From NCBI GenBank assembly GCA_046485075.1, contig JAWOHR010000088.1:2790-66789 (forward strand): 64,000 nt of DNA, in the 5' to 3' direction. The notes under the pieces are model-generated. The model saw only the letters and a program-made list of their open reading frames with translations, ran no database searches and was not told where the DNA came from. Positions 46,962 to 56,404 of this stretch are shown here, in pieces. The stretch is from Bacteroidales bacterium. Its GTDB lineage: Bacteria; Bacteroidota; Bacteroidia; Bacteroidales; GCA-2748055. The translations under genes and the position numbers were made by a program. Each line of letters starts with the position of its first letter. Within the stretch, counting starts at the first letter, position 1.

Positions 46962-47972
46962 CTAATTTTTGTCGTTGATTAACAACTCTATGATCTCATC
47001 AGTATTTAGTGCAAACTCAAATGAGCTCAGGTTCTTTATATCCTTGTTTAATATGTTCTGAATAAAATATTCTATTTGTGCACTATATTCTTCCCCTCTC
47101 AGGTAGAAGTTAACATTTTGAGCAAAATCGGTGATGTATCGTATATTCCAACCTTTCTCCAATCCAAAAGATGGATGGTCCTTTTTAAGGTATATTTTAA
47201 TCTCTGTAGCATCACATTGGATTTTACCTCCTGTCCCAATGGCCATAATGGAAGTGGACATTTTGCGATAAGTTTCATCACTCCAGTTCACCGATAATTG
47301 GCCACTGATCCCGTTATCCAGGGTAAGAGAAGAATACACTGTGTCTTCAACCTCTTTTGAATATGCCGATTTAAGCAGGGTTCCACCGACCTTTACCGGT
47401 GTCCCAAGAATATACTGAATCAGATTAATCACATGGGAAGCATAATCAAAAAGACATCCACCTCCTTCAGCGCGACTTGAGCGCCAGTTACCTCCTTTCT
47501 CTTTCACAATTACAGGGCCATATGCCTCACCATGAAAATGATAGATCTCCCCGATGATTTCGTTCTCCACCAATCTCTTGAACTCATTGAATGTGCCTAT
47601 AAATCTATTGTGATAGCCAACCTGGTTAACCAATTGTTTCTTATTTGCAAGTTCAACAAGTTCTCTGCCCTCCGCCACGGTCAGGCTGAAAGGTTTCTCA
47701 CAAAATACATGCATCCCCTTCTGAAGGGCCATCTTCACAATTTCGAAATGCAGCTTTGTAGGGGTCGCCACTATTACGGCATCAAGTTGCTCCTTCTCAA
47801 AAAGCGCTCTGTAATCTGAATAGATTCTGGATTTAGAAAACTTCTTAAATGCTTCAAGCACCAGTGCTGAGGTATCACATACCGCTGCCAGTTCGACTTC
47901 GGCTTGTGCATTCAGAATGGAACAATGGGATAACCCCATCTTACCCAATCCAATTACTCCAACTTTCATCAT
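46962..47972 (-). CDS. Gfo/Idh/MocA-family NAD(P)-dependent oxidoreductase
   Basis: 336 aa. MKVGVIGLGKMG Rossmann start and the FCEKP motif. Confidence 0.87.
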   Translation of the reverse strand: MMKVGVIGLGKMGLSHCSILNAQAEVELAAVCDTSALVLEAFKKFSKSRIYSDYRALFEKEQLDAVIVATPTKLHFEIVKMALQKGMHVFCEKPFSLTVAEGRELVELANKKQLVNQVGYHNRFIGTFNEFKRLVENEIIGEIYHFHGEAYGPVIVKEKGGNWRSSRAEGGGCLFDYASHVINLIQYILGTPVKVGGTLLKSAYSKEVEDTVYSSLTLDNGISGQLSVNWSDETYRKMSTSIMAIGTGGKIQCDATEIKIYLKKDHPSFGLEKGWNIRYITDFAQNVNFYLRGEEYSAQIEYFIQNILNKDIKNLSSFEFALNTDEIIELLINDKN

Positions 47973-48001
47973 TATCTTCTGATTTAATTGATTTTTAAGG
48001 A

Positions 48002-49006
48002 TTATCGTCCCTGTTTTTCACTCTTGATCATCTGTTCGACCCAAACATAGGTTCGTGCCAGACCGTCCCTGAGTTCAACCTGAGGTTCCCAGCCCAATAC
48101 TTCCTTAGCCAGGCTATAGTTAGCAGCCCTTGCTTTGTCTCCTTCGGGTTTTGTAGTATCATAAACTATTTTTATCTCCTTACCAGAGATTCCCACAATC
48201 TCTGTGGCAAGCTCTGAAATGGTGGTACTGTAATCGGGTCCAATCTGTATATACCCTTTACCGAGGCCTTTTTGTAGTCCCAGAATGATGGCATTTACCA
48301 CATCATCGATGTGAAGGAAGGCTCTGCCCTGTTTTCCGCTACCCCAAACAACAAACTCATTTTCCGGATATTTTATTGCTTTTCTGATCAATGCGGGAAT
48401 TACCTGGCTCTTTTCCTCGGAATAATCGCAGGGTGCTCCATATACATTGTGGAACAGAAGCGAAAGGACTTTTATACCTGATTCCGATCCCAGCAAGTCC
48501 GTTTCATAGACCCCCATAAGCTTGCTCCAGCCATAGGATGATTCCGGATTTGCCGGGTATAGTTCATCTTCCTTAAGCAGGCTGTATTCGAATGAGTTCT
48601 GGAGCTCTGCAGGAAATGAACATGCTGTACCTGCATATATAAAACCCTTAATATCGAGTCTCCTTGCCAATTCGATAGTGTTTGAGTTAATTAGAATGTT
48701 CTGCCTGAAAAGGTTACTCTGATTGTTGAAAACATAACCTATCCCGGCTACAATATCTGCAAGGTGGATAATGTAATCGGTTCCCTTGAAGGGTCCGATA
48801 TCTATAATCTCCCGGGAAAGGTCAATGTTATAGAAATCTTTCTCTAAATCGATTATGTGTTTTTTGGTTAAGGGATCTAAAAGGTACTCCAGCTTCCCCC
48901 TCCATAAATTATCTATTACTTTTACTTCATGATTAAGTTCCAACAGCTTCCTTACCAGGTTCGAACCAATCATTCCAGCTCCTCCTGTAACAATAATCTT
49001 TGACAT
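48002..49006 (-). CDS. NAD-dependent sugar-nucleotide epimerase/dehydratase (extended SDR)
   Basis: 334 aa. VTGGAGMIGSNL and YGWSK (the YxxxK catalytic pair). It lacks the D.LTYAGN block of RmlB, so it is not called rfbB. Confidence 0.85.
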   Translation of the reverse strand: MSKIIVTGGAGMIGSNLVRKLLELNHEVKVIDNLWRGKLEYLLDPLTKKHIIDLEKDFYNIDLSREIIDIGPFKGTDYIIHLADIVAGIGYVFNNQSNLFRQNILINSNTIELARRLDIKGFIYAGTACSFPAELQNSFEYSLLKEDELYPANPESSYGWSKLMGVYETDLLGSESGIKVLSLLFHNVYGAPCDYSEEKSQVIPALIRKAIKYPENEFVVWGSGKQGRAFLHIDDVVNAIILGLQKGLGKGYIQIGPDYSTTISELATEIVGISGKEIKIVYDTTKPEGDKARAANYSLAKEVLGWEPQVELRDGLARTYVWVEQMIKSEKQGR

Positions 49007-49012
49007 ATGATA

Positions 49013-50245
49013 TTAAGTTTTTAATTTGTAATTCAATGATTTTTCATTGCTTATGATTTCTGATCCTTTTTTCTGAATTGTATTTGAAGATTGATCAATT
49101 ATATATAACAAGCACACGACAAAACATATTACGTCTGAGTCCGAGAATCCACCAGCAGTCACCAACGCAAGAATCATAGCGACAAACATATACTTAATAT
49201 ATTGATAATTCGCCTCAATCCGGATCCTTAAAGCACGTATGCAAATGGTAAAAATCCCTAAAATGAAAAAAGCACCATAGATAACGTAATTGCCGAAAAC
49301 TCCTATATCACCCAGATAATAGCCGTACTTGATATTATATATGTAGATCTCCTTTCCATAGTTGGTGGCGGTATGGTACATCCCGTTCCCGGTAATATAG
49401 GCAGCAGGGTTTCTGAAAAAATCCGTCAGATAGAACCTTGCTCCCTGAATGCGTACATAGTTTTCACCCAGACGTATGTCCCTGTTTGACTGTAAAAGGA
49501 GGGCCTCAAAAATGGGCTGAAAGATGATGAAAATAGTAAAGGCACCTATAAGTCCTACTAAACCCAGAAAAATCCTTGACTTGACCTTCCTGTCGATAAT
49601 TAAAAACAGGATCACCACTAAAATCATGATGGCCATGGTTTGTCTTCCCCCGGTCAGAACAAAAATGGAGAAGAAGGCCAGAGCGAATATCAAATATTTG
49701 GTCCTGGTAGTGCGTAAAAATCCCTGAACGCTCATGAAAAAAGCGATAGTCATATAATCCGCACCGGTCATGTAGATCCTTATGGTACCCCGGTCTTCAA
49801 GAATAAACGCATCAAAAATAATCCTGGGGTACAATACAAATTGTACAACATAAAAAAGCACGTAAACCATGCCAAGTGTAACAAAAATCCTTTCCAGATC
49901 CTTAATTCTGATCTTCAGTTGATGAAGTAAAAAGTAAAAGAGATAGTAGTACAGAGCCCTTTGGGCAAAAAGGCTTTGAGCAAGGTTCTGATCACGGCTG
50001 ATTTTTGCCATTAAAAGACTGCTCACCGCAGAAATAGCAATAAGGAAAATAGGGAATACAAAATGCATCTTAATTTGGTTACCCTTCCCGTAAATATAAA
50101 ATATTACCAGACATCCAAGGATGATTCCAATACCAAGAAGCTGTGCAACCTTCTTTATCGGGCCGAGAAAACTTAATTCATAAAATGCTGTTGAACACAG
50201 TATTATGAATATTACAATCAGGTTATGCAATCGATTTAGAACCAT
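49013..50245 (-). CDS. polytopic membrane protein, O-antigen polymerase (Wzy)-like
   Basis: 410 aa with about 10 hydrophobic segments, located between the flippase/GT genes and the sugar-modification genes. The assignment is by context and topology only. Confidence 0.6.
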   Translation of the reverse strand: MVLNRLHNLIVIFIILCSTAFYELSFLGPIKKVAQLLGIGIILGCLVIFYIYGKGNQIKMHFVFPIFLIAISAVSSLLMAKISRDQNLAQSLFAQRALYYYLFYFLLHQLKIRIKDLERIFVTLGMVYVLFYVVQFVLYPRIIFDAFILEDRGTIRIYMTGADYMTIAFFMSVQGFLRTTRTKYLIFALAFFSIFVLTGGRQTMAIMILVVILFLIIDRKVKSRIFLGLVGLIGAFTIFIIFQPIFEALLLQSNRDIRLGENYVRIQGARFYLTDFFRNPAAYITGNGMYHTATNYGKEIYIYNIKYGYYLGDIGVFGNYVIYGAFFILGIFTICIRALRIRIEANYQYIKYMFVAMILALVTAGGFSDSDVICFVVCLLYIIDQSSNTIQKKGSEIISNEKSLNYKLKT

Positions 50246-50273
50246 ATCAATAAGAGCGGAATCTAAGACACCT

Positions 50274-51437
50274 TCATTTTGTGCGAATCTTTAATTTCGA
50301 AATTAATTCTGATAGTTTGAAGTAAATTCTGATTTTCCAATTAACAAAATACCTATTATAGTAATACTGATGATCCAGTATCAGTCTGTCATATCTGTTC
50401 TTTAAGGGTTTCATATGCTCCGTCCTACAAAGCAAGAGGTCATCCCCAGGAAGGTTAAGGATGATATTCATTTCATGTGGTTTTAAGGAACGCCGGTAAC
50501 CACGTATCACCTGCGAAGAGGATTTTGAGGTAATTACATGGGAAGTTTTTATAACCTCGGTATCCTTCAAGCCATATAGATCTGTTTCAAATTCATAACC
50601 AGCCAGATCAGGAACAAGTTGTTTAAGACAATCTGGATCGAATTCAAGGTACTGATCATACTTGCAATAAGAACTTTCCAGCTTCTTAAATCTATAGCCA
50701 TCCTGACACAATCTGAGCTGAGACTGTCCGTCAAAATTTACCATACTGGTCAGATGAGTGCCCGGGTCATTGAAATTGGTCGTTAAGGATTGCCTGGGAA
50801 ATACAAAATACTTTCCTTTGACAATGAGATAGGCGCTATAGTATTTTTTCCAGGAACTTTCCGACCAATTCAACATTCCTTTGGGGACAATGTTAGCGAT
50901 GTCTTGTCCCTCATTGTACCATTCAATGAATTGATTCCATTGACTTTCTGTCCAGAGCTGGCCCCAGGAAGACGGAAATTGAAGAAAGTAGACATCCGAA
51001 TCATCGTAAATGGGAGAGAAAGGAAGCTGATTCATTTCATTGATTGGCTGGTTATAAAGTGAAATCCCGCCAATGCCCTCGTCTTTGCCATAAAACTCCA
51101 TCGCTCTTAATGCATAGTCATAGAAAAAAGGCGAAACCAACAGATCATCCTCCAGAATGATGACTGATCCATAGGTCCGGGAGAGTCCGCCGCAGGCAAT
51201 AATATGCTTTCTCAATCCCAAATGCTCTTTTCTGTAAATAACCTCTTTCTGCCCATAGGGCCAGTGATAATCCTTGGCAATGGTCAGCACATCATGATTG
51301 TCAGGGGATTTGTTATCAATGCTGATAATCAGAGGTACATCTTCAGCAGCCTTCATACCAGACAATGATCCAAGAATTCTTAACAAAGATCTTGGACGAT
51401 TATAGGCGGTAACCACAATGGCTGGTTTGGATTTCAT
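50274..51437 (-). CDS. GT-A fold glycosyltransferase with EDD motif (GnT-I/GT13-like block)
   Basis: AIVVTAYNRPRSLLRIL.SL, PLIISIDN, VIILEDDLLVSPFFYDY. The ORF track start at 51506 overlaps the flippase gene by 59 nt. The ATG at 51437 (MKSKPAIVV) leaves a 10-nt gap instead. Confidence 0.65.
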   Translation of the reverse strand: MKSKPAIVVTAYNRPRSLLRILGSLSGMKAAEDVPLIISIDNKSPDNHDVLTIAKDYHWPYGQKEVIYRKEHLGLRKHIIACGGLSRTYGSVIILEDDLLVSPFFYDYALRAMEFYGKDEGIGGISLYNQPINEMNQLPFSPIYDDSDVYFLQFPSSWGQLWTESQWNQFIEWYNEGQDIANIVPKGMLNWSESSWKKYYSAYLIVKGKYFVFPRQSLTTNFNDPGTHLTSMVNFDGQSQLRLCQDGYRFKKLESSYCKYDQYLEFDPDCLKQLVPDLAGYEFETDLYGLKDTEVIKTSHVITSKSSSQVIRGYRRSLKPHEMNIILNLPGDDLLLCRTEHMKPLKNRYDRLILDHQYYYNRYFVNWKIRIYFKLSELISKLKIRTK

Positions 51438-51447
51438 ACCGGATAGA

Positions 51448-52887
51448 TTATTGACGGTTAAAGATTTTGGAATTTCGAAGTTTACCTGCACCAAATTTAA
51501 GAACACTGGAAATATCCTGCCTTTGTTTGATGATCAAGTGAACCAGGTAGACTCCACATGTGATGAGGTTGATCATCAGAAAATTGTACCAGACAGAGAT
51601 GATCAAGACCACGGACAACAACAATTTAGGCATCCAGAAATAAATAATCTCCTTGGTGGAATAGCCAAATGACTTTTTAAAGCCATACACAAGATTAACC
51701 GGGATATCAAAGCAAACGATCGTGATGGTATAGAATAACAACACATGCACATAGGAATAAAAAGCTCCCCAAAGAATAGCTCCGATAACGGCAAGACTGG
51801 TGGGAATTCCAACGCGAAACAACATGTTTTCCTTATTATACAGGATATAAATATTGCCACTGGTTGAATTCAGGGTTTGAGTCAGAATCAGGATTCCAAC
51901 GTATGGCAGCAATTGGGCTACCTTTATCCAGGTCTCGGACCAGAGGATCCTGACCAATGGCTCAGAGAAAAAGATCAAAACAACCGCAATGGGGAAATTC
52001 GCAAGACTGATCACCCCAAGAAGGTTAAAATACTCTTTCTTAACATCCCCCCCCTTATTGGACAGGTCCTTCAGGCTTGGATAAAGCACTTTCCCGAAAA
52101 GACTCGTTATGATACCGGTCACCATGCTCAGCAACCTGTATGCACGGTTGTAGATTCCCAAACTGTCTGCTCCGTATACCCGGCCTATGACCAGATTATC
52201 CATATTCCTTGACCAGTAGTTCACAAGGTTAAATCCGGTCAAATTCCCAATAATACTTCTGGCTTTACGGAAACCAACCACCAGGTATTTCCGTTTCAAA
52301 ATTTGAAATTTCAATCCGGTTTTAGAATAATACATAAAGATCCTGGCAATGGTTCCCAGTACGGTTGGGATTACTAAGGACCAGTAAGAGAAGCCAAGAA
52401 ATGCCAGCAGGATCATCATCAGGATCTCAAAGATGGAAGAAAGAAAGTCAATCAGACCTAATCCATTGAAATCAAGCTTTTTCTGCAAGATGCCATAGGG
52501 AACAATCGTCAGGGATTGCAAAACAAAATTTGCTCCCAGCACAATGGTGGGCATCAGCAGGGCACTATCTTTATAAAACAAGGTGATCGGGTATGCAAGA
52601 AGCAGAAGGATAAGGAATAACAGGATTCCAATGATAAATGAAAGATAATGCATCATCTGATAAAACCTTTCCTTATAGTCGCTTCTGATCACTATAAAGG
52701 ACAATCCCGCATCAGAAAACTGACTGATAAACCCGGTAAAAACAGTGATCAATGCAATAAAACCATATTCTTCCGGAAGCAGTAACCGGGATAAGACTAT
52801 GGTCGCCAGAAATTTTATAATCTGATTTGAGTAGCTGTAACCACCAAGAATAATCACATTCTTAAAGAAAGTCTTCCTGAAACTCAT
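51448..52887 (-). CDS. wzx: Wzx-type polysaccharide flippase (MOP superfamily)
   Basis: 479 aa, 12-14 hydrophobic segments, N-terminal block characteristic of polysaccharide biosynthesis/export proteins (LSRLL.PE.YG). Confidence 0.78.
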   Translation of the reverse strand: MSFRKTFFKNVIILGGYSYSNQIIKFLATIVLSRLLLPEEYGFIALITVFTGFISQFSDAGLSFIVIRSDYKERFYQMMHYLSFIIGILLFLILLLLAYPITLFYKDSALLMPTIVLGANFVLQSLTIVPYGILQKKLDFNGLGLIDFLSSIFEILMMILLAFLGFSYWSLVIPTVLGTIARIFMYYSKTGLKFQILKRKYLVVGFRKARSIIGNLTGFNLVNYWSRNMDNLVIGRVYGADSLGIYNRAYRLLSMVTGIITSLFGKVLYPSLKDLSNKGGDVKKEYFNLLGVISLANFPIAVVLIFFSEPLVRILWSETWIKVAQLLPYVGILILTQTLNSTSGNIYILYNKENMLFRVGIPTSLAVIGAILWGAFYSYVHVLLFYTITIVCFDIPVNLVYGFKKSFGYSTKEIIYFWMPKLLLSVVLIISVWYNFLMINLITCGVYLVHLIIKQRQDISSVLKFGAGKLRNSKIFNRQ

Positions 52888-52909
52888 AATTATTTCCCCA
52901 CCATTCTAA

Positions 52910-53839
52910 TCAAATTATCTTCCTCACATTCACCCTGAAAGCATAAACCAATTGTTCTCTAAGAGTGAACTTCCTGGACTGATCAATCTGTTTATCATGC
53001 CACTCTAAACACTCCTTATCGTTCAATAAACGACTTTTAAACAGGAAATATCCATACCTCTCCCGTTCCTTTTTGTATTCCTTTTCCAGCTCTGCAGACA
53101 AGCCTTTATATTTAAACAGCTCCTTTTCTCTCAAGTTTAAATTGGTATGAAACCTTTCGGAATATTGGCTTGTAAAAGTTCCTTCACTTCTTCTTGTATA
53201 GCTGAGTACCTGGAAAACAAATCCCAGGTCGGAAATATTAAGGATCTCATAGGCCAGGGAGGTATCAAAGTGATAGTCGTCATGGCTATAAATGACCGGA
53301 TATCTTGATAGTTTCTTCAAAGTTTCAGTTCTGATCAACAGGGTCGTTTCGGAGCCCATGAGGTCATCAACTTGACGAAGCAATTGTTGTTTCAATACTT
53401 CCTTCCCGTCAAAAACAGGTCCCTTATAATAGTCCAACCCGGCACAGTTTACAATTTTATGATCGATGCGGTAGGAGGAGCAAACGCCCGCCCGGGGATT
53501 CGATTCCAAAACATCCACCATCTTTTCCAGGTATTCAGGGAAGATCCAGTCATCTGCACAAACCACTTTAAAGTATTTTGATTCATTGCAGTATTTGTGT
53601 GCATTATTGAAATTTGTTTTCATATCGACAAATTCCGGATTGGTAACTACCCTGAACCGGCTATCTGTTTTTACAAAGCTTTCTGCAATGGAAAGAGTAT
53701 GGTCCGTGCTCTGGTTATTAGCCACCACACATTCCCAATTTTCATAGGTTTGATTCCTGATACTCTCCAGGCACTCGGCCAGGTGTTTATCTCCATTGTA
53801 AACCGGGACTCCAATAGCTACTAAAGGTTTCATAATCAT
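52910..53839 (-). CDS. family 2 glycosyltransferase
   Basis: 309 aa. IGVPVYNGDKHL.ECL.SI..QTY.NWE and CADDW. Confidence 0.85.
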   Translation of the reverse strand: MIMKPLVAIGVPVYNGDKHLAECLESIRNQTYENWECVVANNQSTDHTLSIAESFVKTDSRFRVVTNPEFVDMKTNFNNAHKYCNESKYFKVVCADDWIFPEYLEKMVDVLESNPRAGVCSSYRIDHKIVNCAGLDYYKGPVFDGKEVLKQQLLRQVDDLMGSETTLLIRTETLKKLSRYPVIYSHDDYHFDTSLAYEILNISDLGFVFQVLSYTRRSEGTFTSQYSERFHTNLNLREKELFKYKGLSAELEKEYKKERERYGYFLFKSRLLNDKECLEWHDKQIDQSRKFTLREQLVYAFRVNVRKII

Positions 53840-53844
53840 ATGAA

Positions 53845-54945
53845 TTAATCATGGTCGGACCACTCTATGGATCTGAGTGTCAGTTCAAGGGCTTTATCGA
53901 CGCCAGGCTTGTTCCAGTGGGTATCCGTTCCATAATATAATATTTCGGAGGAGTTACTAAAAGCGGTGTATAAATCAACATATTTAACCCCACGTTCTGC
54001 AAGTGCTTGTTGAAGGGCAGGAATAAACCCATTGTATGGGTCCTGGTTGACCAGGCCACTGTACAAGGAATATTTATTTGGAACAGCCATAAAATACAAA
54101 TCCAGGTTGTAATTGGCTTTTAATTTTTTTGAAAGTATGGCTATATGATCAGCATAAGTTTCTATCTCACTGGAAGTAAATTGATAATAGAAACTACCAG
54201 GTCCATTATCTACCGAATTTTTATAAAATAACCATGGATCGGGAGGGGTGCGATAAATGGGCGTCAGGGATGAGATGGATCCAAACCATCTGAACTTAAG
54301 GGTCGTGAACCAGGAAAAAATCCTGTAGGTTGGGTAGCTCCTTTTTAATACCAGGTTAAAGAGTTGTTCATCTTTGTCTTTGAACAGATATTCATCAAGC
54401 AATTTTGATGCAAAACTGCTATTCGCGACAGTGAGTTTATCGCAATTTTCATCATAAACCTCGCTGTATTTGATGGGGATATTCCTTTCAGCAGACTCAA
54501 CAATGATAACCTTCGGATCTGAAGAGCCTTTATAATCCAGGTTATTGAGCAGACAAAAGGGATTTGACTGGGTCGGATCCTGTGTGATATATGAAAAAAC
54601 CCTGTTGTTCATGGTGTCAGTCAACCTTTCAGGAAGGGTTTTCTGAAATGAGATATCAAAAAAACTATCTCCATAAGTCAATAAATCTGCATCATTGATC
54701 TCCGGATTCTTTTCTGACAGCCTGTACCTTCGGATCTGCTCAGGCATGTCTTCTTTGAAATCCGCAATACAGTTGTTGTAATAGAGATCCCCAAATTTGG
54801 TAAACTCCTGCAGCTCAAGGTCCATTTTTTCCACAAGAATCAGATTCATCATAGGAAGGTACCTGTTCGAAGCATACAGGAACAGGCCGATCACTCCCGC
54901 CACCATCATACACCAGTATAAAATCTTCTCTTTCATAGGATCCAT
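53845..54945 (-). CDS. AlgJ/AlgX-like (DHHW-type) O-acetyltransferase accessory protein
   Basis: 366 aa. N-terminal membrane anchor, GTDTHWN motif near the C-terminus, and PNK block. Its start codon abuts the stop codon of the MBOAT gene. Confidence 0.62.
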   Translation of the reverse strand: MDPMKEKILYWCMMVAGVIGLFLYASNRYLPMMNLILVEKMDLELQEFTKFGDLYYNNCIADFKEDMPEQIRRYRLSEKNPEINDADLLTYGDSFFDISFQKTLPERLTDTMNNRVFSYITQDPTQSNPFCLLNNLDYKGSSDPKVIIVESAERNIPIKYSEVYDENCDKLTVANSSFASKLLDEYLFKDKDEQLFNLVLKRSYPTYRIFSWFTTLKFRWFGSISSLTPIYRTPPDPWLFYKNSVDNGPGSFYYQFTSSEIETYADHIAILSKKLKANYNLDLYFMAVPNKYSLYSGLVNQDPYNGFIPALQQALAERGVKYVDLYTAFSNSSEILYYGTDTHWNKPGVDKALELTLRSIEWSDHD

Positions 54946-56385
54946 CTAAAACTGAAAGTAAAGGAAGTCCGCCTCATTCCATACCCCAAACAGTAAAATC
55001 GCAGATACAAAAAGTACCAACAAAGTGATCTTCGCAACCAGGGGTAACTTTCTGAGCCGGAGTGACAGCGAAAAACGTTCTTCAGAGAAATCCAGTACCA
55101 GCAATACCACTATACTGACAAAAGCAATGTAAAAGTCAGCCGGTATTCTGAACAGGTTGATAACCGCATTCTGATCAAATACAAAGTGATTCTTCAAAAC
55201 CAGGATGGCTTCATTTAAATTACTAGCCCTGAAAAAGATCCAGGAAAAATAGACCAGGACAAAGGTGATTAAAACCTGAACCAATTTATACAATCCGGGA
55301 AGGCTGGTTAAGCCTATGGCATGATTTACATTTTCCCTGAATTTGTCAGTGATTATAGCGATGACAAGGTAAAGTCCATGGATCGCGCCCCAGATCACAA
55401 AGGTCCACTCAGCGCCGTGCCACAATCCACTCACCAGGAAAGTAATGAAGAGGTTGTAATACCAGCGCCATTTTACTACCCTGTTGCCCCCCAGTGATAT
55501 ATAGACATAATCACGAAACCAGGTAGAAAGAGAGATGTGCCAGCGTGACCAGAATTCTCGTATGTTTTGCGAAAAATAAGGTCTTCTGAAATTCGTCATC
55601 AGTTTATATCCCATCACCAGTGCTGCTCCAATGGCAATGTCCGAATACCCGGAAAAGTCACAATAGATTTGAAAAGAGAAAAAGAAGGTGGCAATGATGT
55701 TATTTAATCCTGAAAATTCACCGGGATTATTATAGACCAGATTAACATACTCGGCCAGCCGGTCGGCAATGACTACCTTCTTGAAAAAACCCCAACCCAT
55801 AAGCAGGAGACCATTTTTCACCCGTTCGTACTCGAAGGTGAAGACCTCCCGGAACTGGGGCAGAAGGTTTGTTGACCGTTCGATAGGTCCGGCAACAAGC
55901 TGAGGAAAGAATGAAACAAAAAGGGCAAACCGGCCGAAATGGTATTCTGGTTTCTGTTTGCCCTTATAAATATCAATGGTATAACTCAGTGTCTGGAAAG
56001 TGTAAAATGAGATACCCACCGGCAACAGGAACTGATAAGCAGGAATATTGTAAAAAATATTCACCTTTTGCAACAGGAAATTAATGGACTCCCCAAAGAA
56101 ATTAAAGTATTTAAAGAAGAACAGCAACCCCAGGTTGGTGGTCAGGCTGGCCATCAGGACCAGGATTCTGAGTTTTTGCTTCGAAGTTTTGTAAAGGAGG
56201 ATCCCGGCAAAATAATCGATGACCGTTGAGAAGATTATAAGTATAATGTACTTGTAGTTCCAGCACATATAAAAATAGTAGCTGGCAAGCAACAAAAGAA
56301 TCCAGCGATATTTTGGCTTCATCGCAAAATAGGCTGCAACCACTATCGGAAAAAAGAAGATAAACTGAAGGGAATTAAAGAGCAT
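54946..56385 (-). CDS. MBOAT-family membrane O-acyltransferase (AlgI/DltB-like)
   Basis: 479 aa. FYTFQ..SY.IDIY, FFPQLVAGPIER, FWSRWHISLS.WFRDY.YI.LGG and SGLWHGA motifs. Confidence 0.9.
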   Translation of the reverse strand: MLFNSLQFIFFFPIVVAAYFAMKPKYRWILLLLASYYFYMCWNYKYIILIIFSTVIDYFAGILLYKTSKQKLRILVLMASLTTNLGLLFFFKYFNFFGESINFLLQKVNIFYNIPAYQFLLPVGISFYTFQTLSYTIDIYKGKQKPEYHFGRFALFVSFFPQLVAGPIERSTNLLPQFREVFTFEYERVKNGLLLMGWGFFKKVVIADRLAEYVNLVYNNPGEFSGLNNIIATFFFSFQIYCDFSGYSDIAIGAALVMGYKLMTNFRRPYFSQNIREFWSRWHISLSTWFRDYVYISLGGNRVVKWRWYYNLFITFLVSGLWHGAEWTFVIWGAIHGLYLVIAIITDKFRENVNHAIGLTSLPGLYKLVQVLITFVLVYFSWIFFRASNLNEAILVLKNHFVFDQNAVINLFRIPADFYIAFVSIVVLLVLDFSEERFSLSLRLRKLPLVAKITLLVLFVSAILLFGVWNEADFLYFQF

Positions 56386-56404
56386 ATTCAGAAGGGTTTG
56401 ATCT

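Noticed and set aside
51438-51506. The long version of the GT gene (start 51506), which overlaps the flippase gene by 59 nt.
   Set aside because: The extra 23 residues have no signal or GT features. The internal ATG at 51437 gives a conventional MKSKPAIVV start with a 10-nt gap.
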